Source: Paragordius varius (taxonomy: Eukaryota > Animalia > Nematomorpha). Taken from it: 64,000 nt of DNA. The notes below the pieces were generated by a model. It worked only from the letters and a program-made list of their open reading frames with translations. It was not told the DNA's origin and did not search any database. The stretch covers positions 4,216,001 through 4,280,000 of the forward strand of contig OZ176053.1 in the NCBI GenBank assembly GCA_964247055.1, given 5' to 3'. The first letter of the stretch is position 1; each line of letters opens with the position of its first letter. Both the position numbers and the translations under genes were made by a program. This document shows positions 1 to 14,148 of the stretch, piece after piece.

Positions 1-489
1 TGGAGAGATTTTTCGCATGTTCTAAACGGTTATTTGAACAAAGTCAAATTAACTTAAATTATGGTTGATGATATACAAAACCATTAATTTAGTTTTTTTA
101 TCCCTAATTTATTTTGATAATAATTCAATTTGTAAAAAATACCGGACCTGACAAACAAATATAAAGACATATATTGGTAGTGTGCGGAAAAATATTAAAA
201 AACAACTCTTAGGCCAAAAATAATTAAAAGTCTCATAAATTTTAACATATATAGATATAATTTAATAATAAAAAACGCGCATCTAAATCAAATTACGTGG
301 AAAATAATTTATTCTATAAAATTTAAAAATAGCATTTACAAAAATATTTCTAATTAGGCTATTTACAATTCATAAAAATCAATCGTTTCTAAGCATAGTT
401 ATACATAGAACAAATACATTTTTCAAAAAAAGAATAAAATTATTTTAGAGGTTTGCCCCTACAATTAAATCCAATATACTGAAAATTAC

Positions 490-3400
490 TTTCTAAATTT
501 CCCTTCTATACCAAAAATACCCATTCCATTGACCACATCTCTAGTTAAGCGGAATGGAACGGTTTCAGGGGTCGGCAATAACTTACCTTGTTCAAACGCC
601 ACACCTAGATCGATATGAATGATTTTTCCCGTATTTTTTTGGATCAAAATGTTTTGCACATGTCTATCGCCCAAACCAAGGATATATCCAGCTGTAAGAT
701 ATAAATAGGTATTCATCAAAAATATTTGTTTTTTTCCTCTAATTTTAAGGAACGAAATTAACATTACAGACAAAAATAACCAAGCATTTACTAATTCACA
801 AATCAAATTTATTGGAATTGTCAAAGAGAAAAAAAAATCCTCTCCCTTTGAAGGGCATGTTGGCATAAAATGCATGTTCAGGAGTAGAAAAACATTGTAT
901 AAAAACTATATATTTAATTCGGTAAATATTGCAATTAATTGCAAAAAAATTAACAAAGAAATCAAACGATTGACTGGTAAATTTCGGAATTGTAAATTGC
1001 AAAATAGTAACCATAATTTTGCAATTAATTATAAATCATAATCGTTATTTATTCTACAAAATATAATTAATATCTACCAAGATACAAAACATAAATCGCA
1101 CAATATTGGGTAAGAATTAATTTTTTACTCAATAGTTATAAAATAATTTCAACGTAGGATCTAAATTCTTAAAAAAGCAGTGTTATTAAATAAATACCCA
1201 TTGATGTCATAGCCACGCTTGCTGTGTATGCACTTCTTTTCATAACCCATTCTTGAGGATTAACAAAGTTTTCAAAGAAAAAACTATGCATAACAGGTTT
1301 AAAATGACGGCAAATATCCTGGTAGGCACTTAATTTGTCGGACGTTGTCTATTATTGATAATAGAAATTTTTGAAATAATTGAACCATAAAAACTGGGTT
1401 TTTAAGTTATTTCATCTTCTTCCCTTATTACAATAAATACTGTCATATTATTGGCTATAAAGATCTTTCAATTGAATTTTCATTTACCAAAAAACGATAA
1501 TTATAATTAAAAATTGGGTTATTCACTGTAAAAACAAATAACTTATTTAAAAAACGGAATGCATTTAAACTATCCTCTTTGAAAAAAATGATTTTAAGGG
1601 GGCAAGGGGTTGTTATTATATAAATATTAAATTATAAATACAATTACAACTTATAAGCTGATCTTTTGTCTCATCTAATATTTTTTAGTTTTATTCATTT
1701 TTAATATTTTAAAATTAATTTAATTTGAAAGAAATTCTACATTTAAGTTAAATTACGCTAAAACGTACATAATCAAATTTTTAAAATGTAGCCTACATGT
1801 CCAAAATACGTTACACACGTAGGCAATACTGTATACCTAATGAGATATTACATAACTAGGTATATAAAACAAATCAAAGCAATATCATATAATTTAAACA
1901 ATAGAGTCGGATAGGAAGCTAAGCAATGGACAGAAGAAGAAAGTCCACCAAAATTAGGGCATTTTAACTTTTTAATTTATATTTCATACATAACGAAAAA
2001 TAAAGTTTTACATACCATTAACATTTTCCGACATTGCAATGCACTGTAATCATTAAAGGTATATCGGTATCGATAATGTGCACCAATAGTTTCATCTTTG
2101 GGCGTTCCAACCAAATAAACACCAAACGGTATAGTGTTTTGACACCATTCTAAAATTCCACTACGTTGGGACAAAGGCAACACTGTATACGTTTCAAGCT
2201 CCATAACATTTATAGACTTGTTGCCATGTTTTGTATTCATATTGTTATTTTTATTGGTATTATCAGCACTTTGATTGGGGTCGTTGGCTTCTTCTAAAGT
2301 TTTTCTTTGAGGCAAGTTTTGACAAAACGAGTCTATATGTGAAAATTCACTCTTCTTTTGTTTAGCAATAAAATGATTTATAAGACCGAAAAATTGTTGC
2401 ATAACTGCATCTTGGCGTAAATCATCCTGATTTTTTACCAACATTTTACGAACTATACCATCAACCGTGGTAAATTCCATAATTTTGGGCATATTGACAC
2501 CTCCGGCAAATTTATATGTCATATTAAATGACACTATATTATTTGATAAGGTATCATCATTGTTAATGTAAGATTTAAATGGGATATTAATAGATTCAAA
2601 TAATGCTTTCCATCCATTTATCCTATATATTAATAAAGTTCTCGTTATGGGATATGCCTTTTGGTCCTGCATCATAACGTTTTTCTTATCGAAATTAGGG
2701 AGTTTGTGATCGCCTAATTCGATTAAAGATATGGCTAATTTTTGGGTAGCATCAAAAATTTTTTGTAGATCGGAGTTATTCTTTAATATCCCTAGACAAA
2801 GCTCATACATGGCGATTGATTTAGCATCCAAATAAGGTAATAAATAATCATTCTCATCCAAATTTTCATCGAATGCATCATAATATTTTTGAAAAATCCA
2901 ATATTTATCTGTTACATTCGTCGCTGTGGAAAGATGTTCATCGATATGTGAATTAATTATTGCAAGCACACTGTATATAACATTTCGAGGATATGAGCTA
3001 ATAAGCGAAGTTATTATCTCTCTTATGATAGAATTGAAGGGTGTCGGCTCAGGAGATAATCGGGCAATCAATTGGGAAGATAAAGGGAGCCATTTATTAC
3101 ATGGAATAGTGTTGATCTCCTCCCTAAACGTTTCCATGAGTTGTGTATCAGTCTCATTTTGAAACCAGAGTGATATAATGGAAAAAATTGAATCATTATA
3201 AGCATTAGAGAGTTGTAAGGTGCGTAAAAGTGATCGCATTGTTTGATGCATATACTGTTGCATTTGTTCGTTTGTTTGATCTATATCACGACGATCCAAG
3301 AGACTTTGCTTATCTATGGTCATTTGGTAACGGCTATGTTTTTTACCCAATGTTTTACTTTCCAATTTGGCATCCTCGTAAAAATTCATAAGCATAGATT

Positions 3401-6400
3401 TTTGTTCAAACACCTCCGATTTTGTATAATTAGCAAGTATGAGACATTGATTTTTACAAAATTTCGCAACCGAATCATGAATACGAGCAGATTTAGAATC
3501 AAAATCCAATGCTTTAAGGTAGTATTGGTTAAAAATGTTGATTGGGTATTCATGATTGCCTTGATGTAACCAATCTCCACAAAGTGTCAATGAATATGCT
3601 AATAATTTTGGTTCCCAAGCTATGCGAATATCATTGACACCCTTTTGGATAGCGGATTGCAAATCCTGTATAACAGACTGTATGGACGATATGGCGAATC
3701 CTTTATCATTCAACATCCAATTGTAGAGGGAAAATTTCAAGCCAAACATAATTTTACACTTGAAAATATGATTATCGGGTATGAGATTGGTACTAATCTC
3801 TAAAAGGTTTTTCAGCGATTGTATAAGGAAACCGGCCAAAGGATATTCTCTCAACTTTAAACTTAAATTAAAATCCTGATTGATTTTATAATGAATGTAT
3901 TCAAAATTGCTAAAATTAGGCTTTAATTTATAACTATTAAGGAGACAATTAATGAATGTATCACTCTGTGCTTCTATTGTTGGGATATATGTGTCCATAT
4001 ATGTCTTGGTAGATGAACCTGTAATGAGAGTATTTGTGTCAAATTTGAATAATTCATCAGACGCACAAAACATTGGTTGTGGTCGAGAAAGTGCAAATTT
4101 TAAATGATCATCAATTTTGTTATCAAATCCGTCATGAGATAACAAAAGTTTTCCCAAATGAAATGCTTTAGATTTGGGATAGCGTTTGACGCAATCATTT
4201 GCTTGACATACACAATGATCTGGTACATCCCATTTTGATAATTCTTCCAAACATACTAACTCCATGTTTGCATCATTCTCTGCCTGCGCATTCATCAATT
4301 CACCATAAAGGGTTTGATATATACGATAATGACCCGTTTTCTTAAAGATATCGAGAACTTTAATGGCATTACATGATTCTTTATTATCGTTTGTAGATTG
4401 GTAGATGTTTTGTTCAAGGGCCAAAAAACATTTGTGGGTCAACTTATCATTTTGATACAATATGATTTTTTCATTAGTTGAGTCGGGAAATAAGTTTGTG
4501 AATGCATTTAATGGTTCATAATCCATAATTTCCACGTATGTATTTGCTAGATTTTTAAGCATATTTCTATATTCATTTATAATGGGTGTTTGGTTTGCTA
4601 ACTCATACAAATGAAAAAATAACTCGCATCCATATATGTAATTGTATGGATTGCTAGAGACGCCGTCATTTTTTGTTAGCATTAATAGAGACTCTAATAT
4701 TTTCCAAACAATTATTTGAAAATCTTTATTCCAAGCGGCATAAACGGAATTTGACGGTAAAATGGATTTAGAAGAACATATATTTTCCTGGATCCAATCA
4801 CAAAATACAACATTAAATTGGGCCCAAAACATATTGAATTGATTTGCAAGGGTGATTTCATCATTGTTTGATTTATATATGGGATTCATTGTATAATTGT
4901 TACTGTTACACCAGTCGAGAAGTTTTGACAATGCGTTTAGGGTTTGTTTTGCTATTAATTTATTGCTATTTAAAACAATGTATAGTTGAGCAAAAAATTT
5001 GATCATATATAATTTCTCTAATACATTATTTTTCCCCTTTTCATTTGAATAATTTGATGAATGAAGCGTTACCTCTCCAAAGAATATGTTTAATATTTGA
5101 TTCATTAGATTATAGCTAATATCATTATTATTGTTATTAAAGGTATCGTTAACTTGATTAGAATCAGATACTACTGTTTGGACTAATGTTACTAATTTGT
5201 CTTTCCATAACTGAGGGTTATTATGCAACACATTATTTCCAAGACTCAATATTTTATACAATGATTTATCACTCGTTCCTAATATGGACTTGAATAATAA
5301 GTCATCATCTGTAATTTCAGTGGATAAAAAGGACCATACGACTAATGGGTCAACACTGAGAGAATATAAAGATGATATTATATTATCCATATTAGATGAT
5401 TTAATATCAAACATGAGGTAAGAGATGTCATTTGATATGGACAAACATGATTTTTGAACCCTTTGAATCCAGTATAAAATTTGAAACGTTACATTTTTAG
5501 CCTCGAGATTCCAATTATGGTAATTATTTTTCAAGTAATGTTTGACAAGACTTAAATTTCTAAAAAACTGGGAGGGTATACCGGAAGATTCTGTAGTATT
5601 ATTTAAAGTGCTATATGAATAAGTAGCTTGTAATTCCTCATGTAAAACAGTGAGCAAAAAAGAATTATTGGCTAAAACTGTTAAATCTTGGCACATAACT
5701 TCGGATTTAGCCATTGATTCATTTTCAACTAAAGAATATACCAATATTAACAACAAATTCTCTCACCCGGATCTATCCAATGCTTATATTAATTACAATA
5801 AAGTTAACTTTTAATTGCGAGAAAAATTGTTAATCAATCATTAATATTACACGGTGAAAAACAGTATACATTTGATAGCTAAAAGCCACAGTTTAATAAA
5901 TATCGGAATAATAAATGCGCCTTTAAATAGATTGGAAAAAAGATATTTAATGATCCATAATTGAAGATTCGCAGTATTTTTGGCACATTTGGTTAGATAA
6001 AAAAATTTTTTAATTAGGAAAAAGAGTTAGGTATTCATATTCCTATAGATAGACTCTGCATATTAAATTTATCATATAAACAAAATTTGACGTAATTAGT
6101 TTTATATATTTAGTCAAACGGATATTATTAAATCATTATGACTAATAAAACAAGATACTTAAATCATATATTTTCAAGTTAAATAAAAGCAAATTATTTT
6201 TTAATATGGCTGCACAAAAATATATAATCAATGAGCAAAAAAATGATAGGACAATTAATTACACAAAACAAAAGCATATTCTTATAAAAAATGTTTTATA
6301 AAATGAATCGTAATCACCTTCATCCATAATCTCTATGGTCCCAATAAAAAATTGAAAGTTATCGATTGTTTTGTCTTGTATGTCATTATATTTTTTTGAA

Positions 6401-9400
6401 ATAAATTTATTATAATCTGCATTAGTAGAGAGGTTTATAGATTTTTGATTGTCCAGGAATGATTTAATCCATTTAATATTGTGTCGAAAAAAATAAATAA
6501 ATTTTCGGGAAGCTTTTATGGTAGATTTACTAACGTTTTTCATAGTTAAGCAATTGAAACACATTGTAGATATATCATGCAAAATTATTCCATACATTTG
6601 ATGGTTATTATTCATATTCGTAGATTTTTGCGCATTCATAATAATTGTAACAAGTTGGATGCATGTCGTAAAGTATTCAACGATAAACATTGAAATTATT
6701 GATTGGTTCTGATTTTCTAGAAGATTCTTTTGTGAAAACGATACCATTACTAGTAGGAACAATATCGAGTATTTTCTATGCATGAAATATAATTTGAACG
6801 TATCATCACAAAGTGGAGACATAACACTCTTATATTTGATTATAAGGTTGAACACCGATTTAGCATGGCGCACCATTACGTTTTCAATGAATATTTTTGC
6901 AAAGTAAATAGTATCCGATTTAAAGCGATTGGATAATTTTTCCAAACTTACAAAACCAGTTTTAACAATTTCATGAACATTTTGGAAAAATTGTTTCGAA
7001 TCAAAACATATCAGGACGGTTAAATACTGAAGCGTTGATTGAAGAATTGTCATAATTTCCCACTCATTTAATGTGTTATTATATTTAAGATTATCAATTA
7101 CGATCTTTGAATCTTTGTTTTTCGGCGGTAATACACTATTTATAATATTTTTCGTAATGATTGCTAAATGCCCATATTCTGACAGTAGACCATTTGAATG
7201 AATATCACTATCCAGTGACTCAAGTATGAAATGGAAAGAGTTTGCTTTTATAAAATCATCTATATCTTTGTAATCAAATATTTGATATGGAAAATCAGTT
7301 ATGGAATTGTTCAACGAATAAACCCAATAGTTAACAGAAGGCAAAATAAAAAATTCTTGCAAATATATTTGACGAACGTATTCGTTTTCGGAGCGCAATG
7401 ATTTTTTAATGATTGTATCTAAACAGGCAGATTTGCTGATATTTATGTCGAGACGTAAAACACATGTAACGTGAATCAAATAATTAATGGCTAATATTTG
7501 GGCCTCATAATCTTGAACGCCAATTTCTCTAATCACAGCATAAAGTGTTTCAATAAACCCTAATCTCCGCCCTTCATAATATTCTCTATTTTCATCTGTA
7601 CTTTGTAATGATTCTCTTTCTACATTCATAACGATGGTGTGTATGGTGTATGAAACAAAAGTTGACGTGTAATTTATGACATGTTGATACATGTAGGGTA
7701 TGAATGAAACCATTAAATTCACATTTTCTTTATGCAATTCAGTAAATACTAATTTCCATACCCGTTCAAATGGTGTCAAATTTGAAAAATACGTCGTTTC
7801 TAACTCTTGATCAAAAAGGGAAATATTCTTTTGTTCACGGTAGTGTGGCCACGATGATATGTAATCACAGGTTTTTATATACTCTATATAACACTGAATT
7901 ATAAGAGATTTGACAGGAACATTAAATATCTGAGCTAGAGGTTTTATTGATTTTTGCCCTGATTCAAAACAATCAACAGCTGATGAATCTGTATCATAAT
8001 GGTTATTAGTTGAACTTTTTTGAGAATGGGTCCATTTGAAACTTGAATCATGTAAGGAAAATATACCTGCTTGCTGTTGTGTTAATTTATTATTGCAAAC
8101 AGTATCGTTGTTTTCTGTTTGAGACAAACTCATCAAAGAATCAAAATCTTGATTCCATAACTTTATTAAAGCCAATAATAGGTTATAACATAAATCCACG
8201 AAAACATAATCGGCAGTATGTTTTTGACATGTTTGAAGGTATTGAAATACGATGAGCAAAATATCCAATAGACTAATCATAACATCATTATTGTGTACAT
8301 GTGTCTTCATACATTTCCGATAAAGATCAAAAAATTGCATTCTCATGTCATTCAATTCGCTTAAAATACCACAATTCGAACAAAGTGACCATTTTTCAAA
8401 TGTTATCCACTGCGAAAGTGTAAATTTTATAAATGGTAAAAAGTGGAACAGTTGTTCAGAATTTTCCAAACACCTTTCAAAATTTATATTTATAACAGAT
8501 TGTTTGGATAAAATGTTGAAACAAATATCGAGGGTGTTCTCCATATTATACAGGCCTTGTAATTTAACGATACATTCAATGTATAGTAAAATTTCGTATA
8601 CAAAAACGCATATATTGTCAATGTATGTCATATTATTCTTTATAATTTGTTGTTCATCAAACCCATTTGATCCACCTTGAAATGTTTGCGTTGTTTTGAC
8701 ATTAAAGCGGTTATGAAAGTTAAATATACAATTTTGATTCGGAGAAAAATATGATTCCGATAAGGTTTGATACAAAGCGAAGGGCATAATTTGAGAAAAG
8801 CCTTGTAAAAGCAAACATATCCAAGTTTTGTTGTCTTCACTGTCGATAATGCGAGAGTTGTGGATCTTAAACAGATTGTATGGTGCCAAAATTAATTTAA
8901 ATAAATCTTGTGTGGCTATAAATGCATGATCTGGAATCTCTGAGAGAGCAGTTTCTGTAATTTTGATGAATAATAACTCAATGTATTTATTTATGGCATT
9001 TACTAATGCCATTTGGTATGCATTGTTTTGCGAAATCAATTCTATAATTTGGGTCATTTTGTCAAGGTCTTGAATGGAAAACATGATCTAATATAATATA
9101 TGTAAATTTAACATTTAGATATTTTAAGAGATGAGTCAATGATAACGGCATATAATCGAATTGGAATAATTATATAGTATATCAGGACTTTGAAAAATAT
9201 AATTTAAAATTTTTAGTTAACAAAAAATTCTGTATAAAATTATTTTATATTTAAAAAAATTTAGGGCTATTCCCTATGTCTTATACTAGTTTATCTAGCA
9301 TATAATAACTCATATTCTTTACTTTTGATTGGAGGTAAATTAATTTTAGACAACACCAAACATAATCATACGTCACGTTAACTGGTTCTTGCGCACTTAA

Positions 9401-11653
9401 CCATTTGGGCATTTCTGCAAAAATAACGATAGTAAGGGAATTATCTATTGGTGTATAATATTTAGGTGTAGTAATTTCTTCATTAGTGTTTATGAACACA
9501 TCAATCAGATTATCAATAATGTCGATTATCGTGACATCAGAATAAATTTGTTTTGGCCATATCCGAATCCCATTATTTTCTGGAGTTTCCTTTGGTGATG
9601 GAGTTTCAATGCGATGATAAGAACCACTGTCGTAAAGAAGTTCTTCGGCAAAGTGATTGTGGGACAAGCTATGCGCAATACGAGACTGATTTTGTGCATT
9701 TAGTAATTTTGCCCAAGTTTCCAAAACACGCACTAAAATCCAATATTTTTTCCGAATATTAATATTTTTATGTACAAGATGATTACAATCAAAACTGGTC
9801 ATTATTTCTGAATTTATATTCAGCTTTTTAGATTCAACATGTCGCCAAATGGGTGAGAATGATAAACTATTATTGACCAGACAACTAAATAATATAAAAT
9901 AATTTTTGCATGAATAGAATGATGCTTTGGGCTTGAGTAATATATCCCATAAAGTGTTAATTGCGACAATATGTGTGGATAGGGAATTGTTTAAAATATA
10001 TCTAGCAACCAAGTAAAATAATCCAAACACCGAATTTAAAATGCATACTTTCATTTTGTGAAAATTTGGATTACCACACAATTTGGAAATATTGGTAAGG
10101 TCAAATATATTTGAATTATTGTAATTAATGTTAGTGGAATTCACCAACAAAAACAAATGTGACATGGCCTCTATTATTAAAATTGTTGTTTGCTCAAAAA
10201 AGGATGAATAGTTTATTGGATCCATCATAAAACTTAGTTGTTGCAAAAGCATTTTACTTAAATTATCATAAAGATTATGAATCAAATTTTGATGAGATCT
10301 CCAATTATTAATATTATCAGATACACCATGGATAATAATCAATGAGTAAACACAAACTCCAAGAGAATTAGGTTGCGTTATATTACCCAAAGATATAAGA
10401 AAATGTGGTAAAGAAGGTGCTATTTTGTGATCTAAGCGTGAAACTATTTTATGATAATTTGTAACAGTTGTAGTTAAGGGATATAATAATTTTTGCAAAT
10501 CTTTGATTTGTGAATCCTTAAATGATATAAGAGACAAGTTATGTGTTTTAAGGATAAAATCAATGGTGTTTTCATAGAGTTTATCATGGATAGAGAGTTG
10601 ATCTGGCTTCAAATATATAGATATATCGTTAAGCTCCAATAGATTTTCATATATTTTCGAGGGTAACACGAATAATTCAAGACATGTTATTAAACGGGAA
10701 TTAGATTGAGACAGCAAATCTGACTCTTGAATCAAATGGTGAATGAAAGCGCAAAATTCGCTAAATATAGTTTGCATTTTGGGTAAATAATTAATATACG
10801 AAAAGATTATTGATGATATGGAGTGCAAGAGTGTATCATAAAATTGGTCCCTACTTGTTATGTAATCAGAATATGTAAGGCAAAATATATAAGATGATTC
10901 TAGCACGTGCAAATTATTGGCCATTATAGCAAAAGGCAGAATAGTAGGATCAGTACATAATGATAAGTAAAAATTATCATGATGAGAATAACAAGAAACT
11001 GTGGTCAAAGAGATCATTAATATTTGGTTTAAAAATTTTATGGATAATTTATGAAACTTCGGTTTGGATATAACCATAGATGATTGAATAAAATCAATAA
11101 ATTTTAAACCATAAATATTATGTTTAGAAATCAATTCCAAAAATTCTGGGTAATAGGTTTTAGCAATATTATATGAAAAATGTTTTGAGATAATGTCCAT
11201 ATATTGAAATCCAATAATCACCATATTACACATTGAATCGTAAGCAACAGTTGAAACATGTTTCACAATATCTCCCCAATTCACAAATCCAGAAAAGCGA
11301 GATAAAGTGGTGTTTAACAATATTTGCCTAAATATAAGTGCTTAAAACTTGAAAATCGACATGACATCTATTAATTTATGTGTAGCATTATAATAGTCAT
11401 CCATAATTTCTATACTTAGTTTGTTGCCATAAATACTGAGATCATACATTTCATGATATAAAATCTTTTTATAAAGGTGGAATACGGATTTCCATGAAGG
11501 CTTACGACCCGAATCTAATGTTAATTATAAAATACTTGAATTATTATTTAACAAAATTATATTTTCATAATCCATTAAATTTCCTTTAAATTCATTAATC
11601 ACCTTTTTTCTAATAAAGTTTTTTGATATGTCACTTTTAAAAAGCGGCAGCAT
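490..11653 (-). CDS. ATM: Serine/threonine kinase ATM (PIKK family), spliced; FATC-coding 3' end lies outside the window. Exons: 11653-11536, 11514-11349, 11327-9287, 9087-~6318, unresolved small exon(s) between 6317 and 5729, 5728-2016, 1348-1198, 691-490
   Basis: The spliced N-terminus reads [41 protein letters not shown], resembling the ATM TAN motif. The FAT region has YIYGC. Kinase motifs are [70 protein letters not shown] and [31 protein letters not shown] junctions keep frame at all resolved introns. Confidence 0.95.
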
Positions 11654-11709
11654 TTTAAAAAAATCGTCTGCTCACACCGAATATATGATAGAGATCCCGC
11701 TGTTATATA

Positions 11710-12950
11710 CACAATGCACAAAATCTGGGAGGGTACGCTAATATCCAGTATAATAGAAAATTATATCAGGGTTATCGCTTTGACAAATAAATTTTTTATG
11801 GTAAAAGCTAAATTTTTCGTTACAAAAATATTATAAAAATACATCATGTAGAGTTGTAAAAATTACAATCATTCGTGAATTTCAAAATTAAGCTCCGAAA
11901 GCCTGAAATTTTTAAACCCTCTATAACACAGTGAACACAAAAATATTAAAAAAATATACTCTTTCTAATAATTAAAATTATAATGGTACTTTAAGGGGGG
12001 CGGGGGGACTTTAAGATTTATTTAAAATTAATACCACTTGTGTGATAACTGCTCAATATCAAAAAATAGAGAAATTAGCATGCATTCTAAAAAAATTTTT
12101 TGAGGAATGAGAAAGGCTTTATTCCAAAAATACTTAAATGAAAACATATCTAAAAGCAAAATATTTTTGAAAAATTTTATAGAAGTGAGTTCCGAAAATC
12201 TCAAAATTTTTAACCTGTCTATAATGAAAAATTATTAAAACAAAACCCAATAATGCCGATATTGTGCAAAAAAATTTTAGTATATGTGCCAAATTTTGAC
12301 ATCAAAATTAGTTTCCCTTAAAAAATGGATATATATAGGATTTGGAAGCATGGTGAAAACACTATCACACTTTCAGAAAAACATTTTTCAAATTGGTGGT
12401 TACTTCTGTTGCTTCAGAATTTTGATTTAAACATTTTTTAGTCTTCATAATAGGTTTTTTTCGAAAAATGTTAACATGAATATGATGATGAACTTTAATC
12501 AAAACACTGAGGTGATAGAAACGCTTAGCCCCATCGTATTAAACAGTATCCACAAAATAATATTTTTATGAAAAATTTATGTTCTGTGATAGGAAAATGT
12601 ATCAGGATTATCATGGTGGTTTTGTTTGTCCCCTTACAAGTGTATACACTTTTGTGGTAAAGTTTCCATAGAAAGTGGCAAAAATGCGCACATTTTTTAA
12701 TAGAATTTTTTGGTGAGAGCTAGATACATCAATCCAATCAACTAAATATATCATAAACTATATGTAAAATACAAAAATTATTTTTCAAAAATTTTCAATT
12801 ATTAGGGCTTGAAAGTCACAAGTCTTTGGCTCGTCTATTATGGGATTGTTCTCTTATAATATACGCAAAAATGCCGATATTGCGCGAAATATTTATGCCA
12901 GATCTAGACATCAAAAAAGGTTTTTTCCAAAAAACATATATTTTTGTCAT
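11710..12950. mobile_element. Composite/nested partial copies of TA-flanked foldback (MITE-like) family A
   Basis: TA then CACAATGCACAAAATCTGGGAGGGTA at 11710, matching termini at 17861, 18893 and 51515. A second left arm starts ~12545 (GATAGGAAAATGTATCAGGATTATCATG ~12588). Internal blocks match those at 46.8-48.1 kb and 50.4-51.5 kb. Right end approximate. Confidence 0.65.
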
Positions 12951-13088
12951 TTTCTGATATGGAGCTCTTACCGTAATAGTCTAAATACTTTTATAAATCT
13001 ATCGTAAAGGCCAAATTAAAAGCATCTTGAAAATCGTACATTTTCATATCAGAATATATATATATATTTAATCGGGATGATTTTCATA

Positions 13089-13095
13089 AGTCTAG

Positions 13096-13129
<34 letters not shown>
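13089..13129. repeat. (TA)n microsatellite
   Basis: Uninterrupted TA run; boundaries approximate. Confidence 0.9.
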
Positions 13130-13132
<3 letters not shown>

Positions 13133-13517
13133 CGGATATTCTCTTAAAAACGGTTTTTGTATATAGTGAAATTTGCAAAATAAATTATTTCATATATTTT
13201 ATACTTTTTTCATAAAACCGGTTTATATTTGTTTTTTAATACAATTTGGATATTTTATAAATGGTTATTTAGGAACAGTCGTAGTTACGTTCATCATTGC
13301 ATTCTAAGCTATCAGATTTTGTTGAGGTATTCATATTTTTATAAAATTAAGTTTTATCAAAAACATACGAAGGGTATTTTTTTGTAAATTTGTACACACC
13401 GGTATGACATTTGCTTCCATAAAAAAGTATGCATTGATTTAATAAAGTTTTTGGTAAACAGATTCATTTTTTACTTCCGTTTATTAATCTTTCTCACTAT
13501 TTAAATATTCGAATAGG

Positions 13518-14148
13518 TCATGATGATAGTTGGCAAACTTTTTGTGTAAACAAAATGCCTTGTTTATTTTGATTTCTAAGAAAATTGGTTAAACACGTTG
13601 CAGCTAATTTGTTGCATTGACAACGTTCTGATGCACATTTGTGATTTTCAGCCGTATCTATAAAATAAATATAAAACATGAGAGGTTTACTGCACAAAAC
13701 ACTATACAAGGGTTCCATAGGATTGATTGTCATGTCAGCACAACTCCATCCTTCAATTTTAATAATGTTATTGTCCAAAAGATAATGGCAATGTGGTTGT
13801 TCTTGATAAAATTTTCGTAAACATCTTTGCCGCATAAGACAACACTTATCAGCTTCATCTACAATCATATTGGAGGGCCAACTCGTTTTTGTAAAGCAAT
13901 GACACCCATAGTTACCAAATAATTTAAACAATTTATTTTCATTTAGTCTCACCCCAGTTTCGGGGTCGTATTCCAAAATTTTGAGAGTTAGGCAATCAAA
14001 CATTTTTCTATCATACATAAAATTATTAAATATATATATTTAAAGATAAATTTAAATTGAAAATTAAATATTAAGCAATCATTTAAAAACAGTATACAAG
14101 TTAATCTTAATTACTGCAAATATGTTAGTATAAAATAATAATCGAATT
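13518..14148 (-). CDS. Secreted phospholipase A2-fold protein (group I/II-like), predicted catalytically inactive. Exons: ~14148-14115 (tentative), 14007-13691, 13657-13518; signal-peptide exon probably further upstream (~14470)
   Basis: sPLA2 cysteine pattern: YLQKMFDC, GNYGCHC, DEADKCCLMRQRCL, C...CQCNKLAATCL. A probable in-frame 33-nt GT-AG intron lies at 13690-13658. The start codon is not securely placed. Confidence 0.8.

Noticed and set aside
2926-9762. Plus-strand and alternate-frame ORFs overlapping ATM (2926, 3243, 3386, 8043, 8345, 8640, 9553)
   Set aside because: Shadow ORFs of a long coding region with no recognisable motifs.
11328-11535. Alternative genetic code (TAA read as Gln) to explain in-frame stops
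   Set aside because: Every such stop lies in a GT-AG segment whose removal fits homologues, other micro-introns shift frame, and TAA and TGA terminate genes normally.
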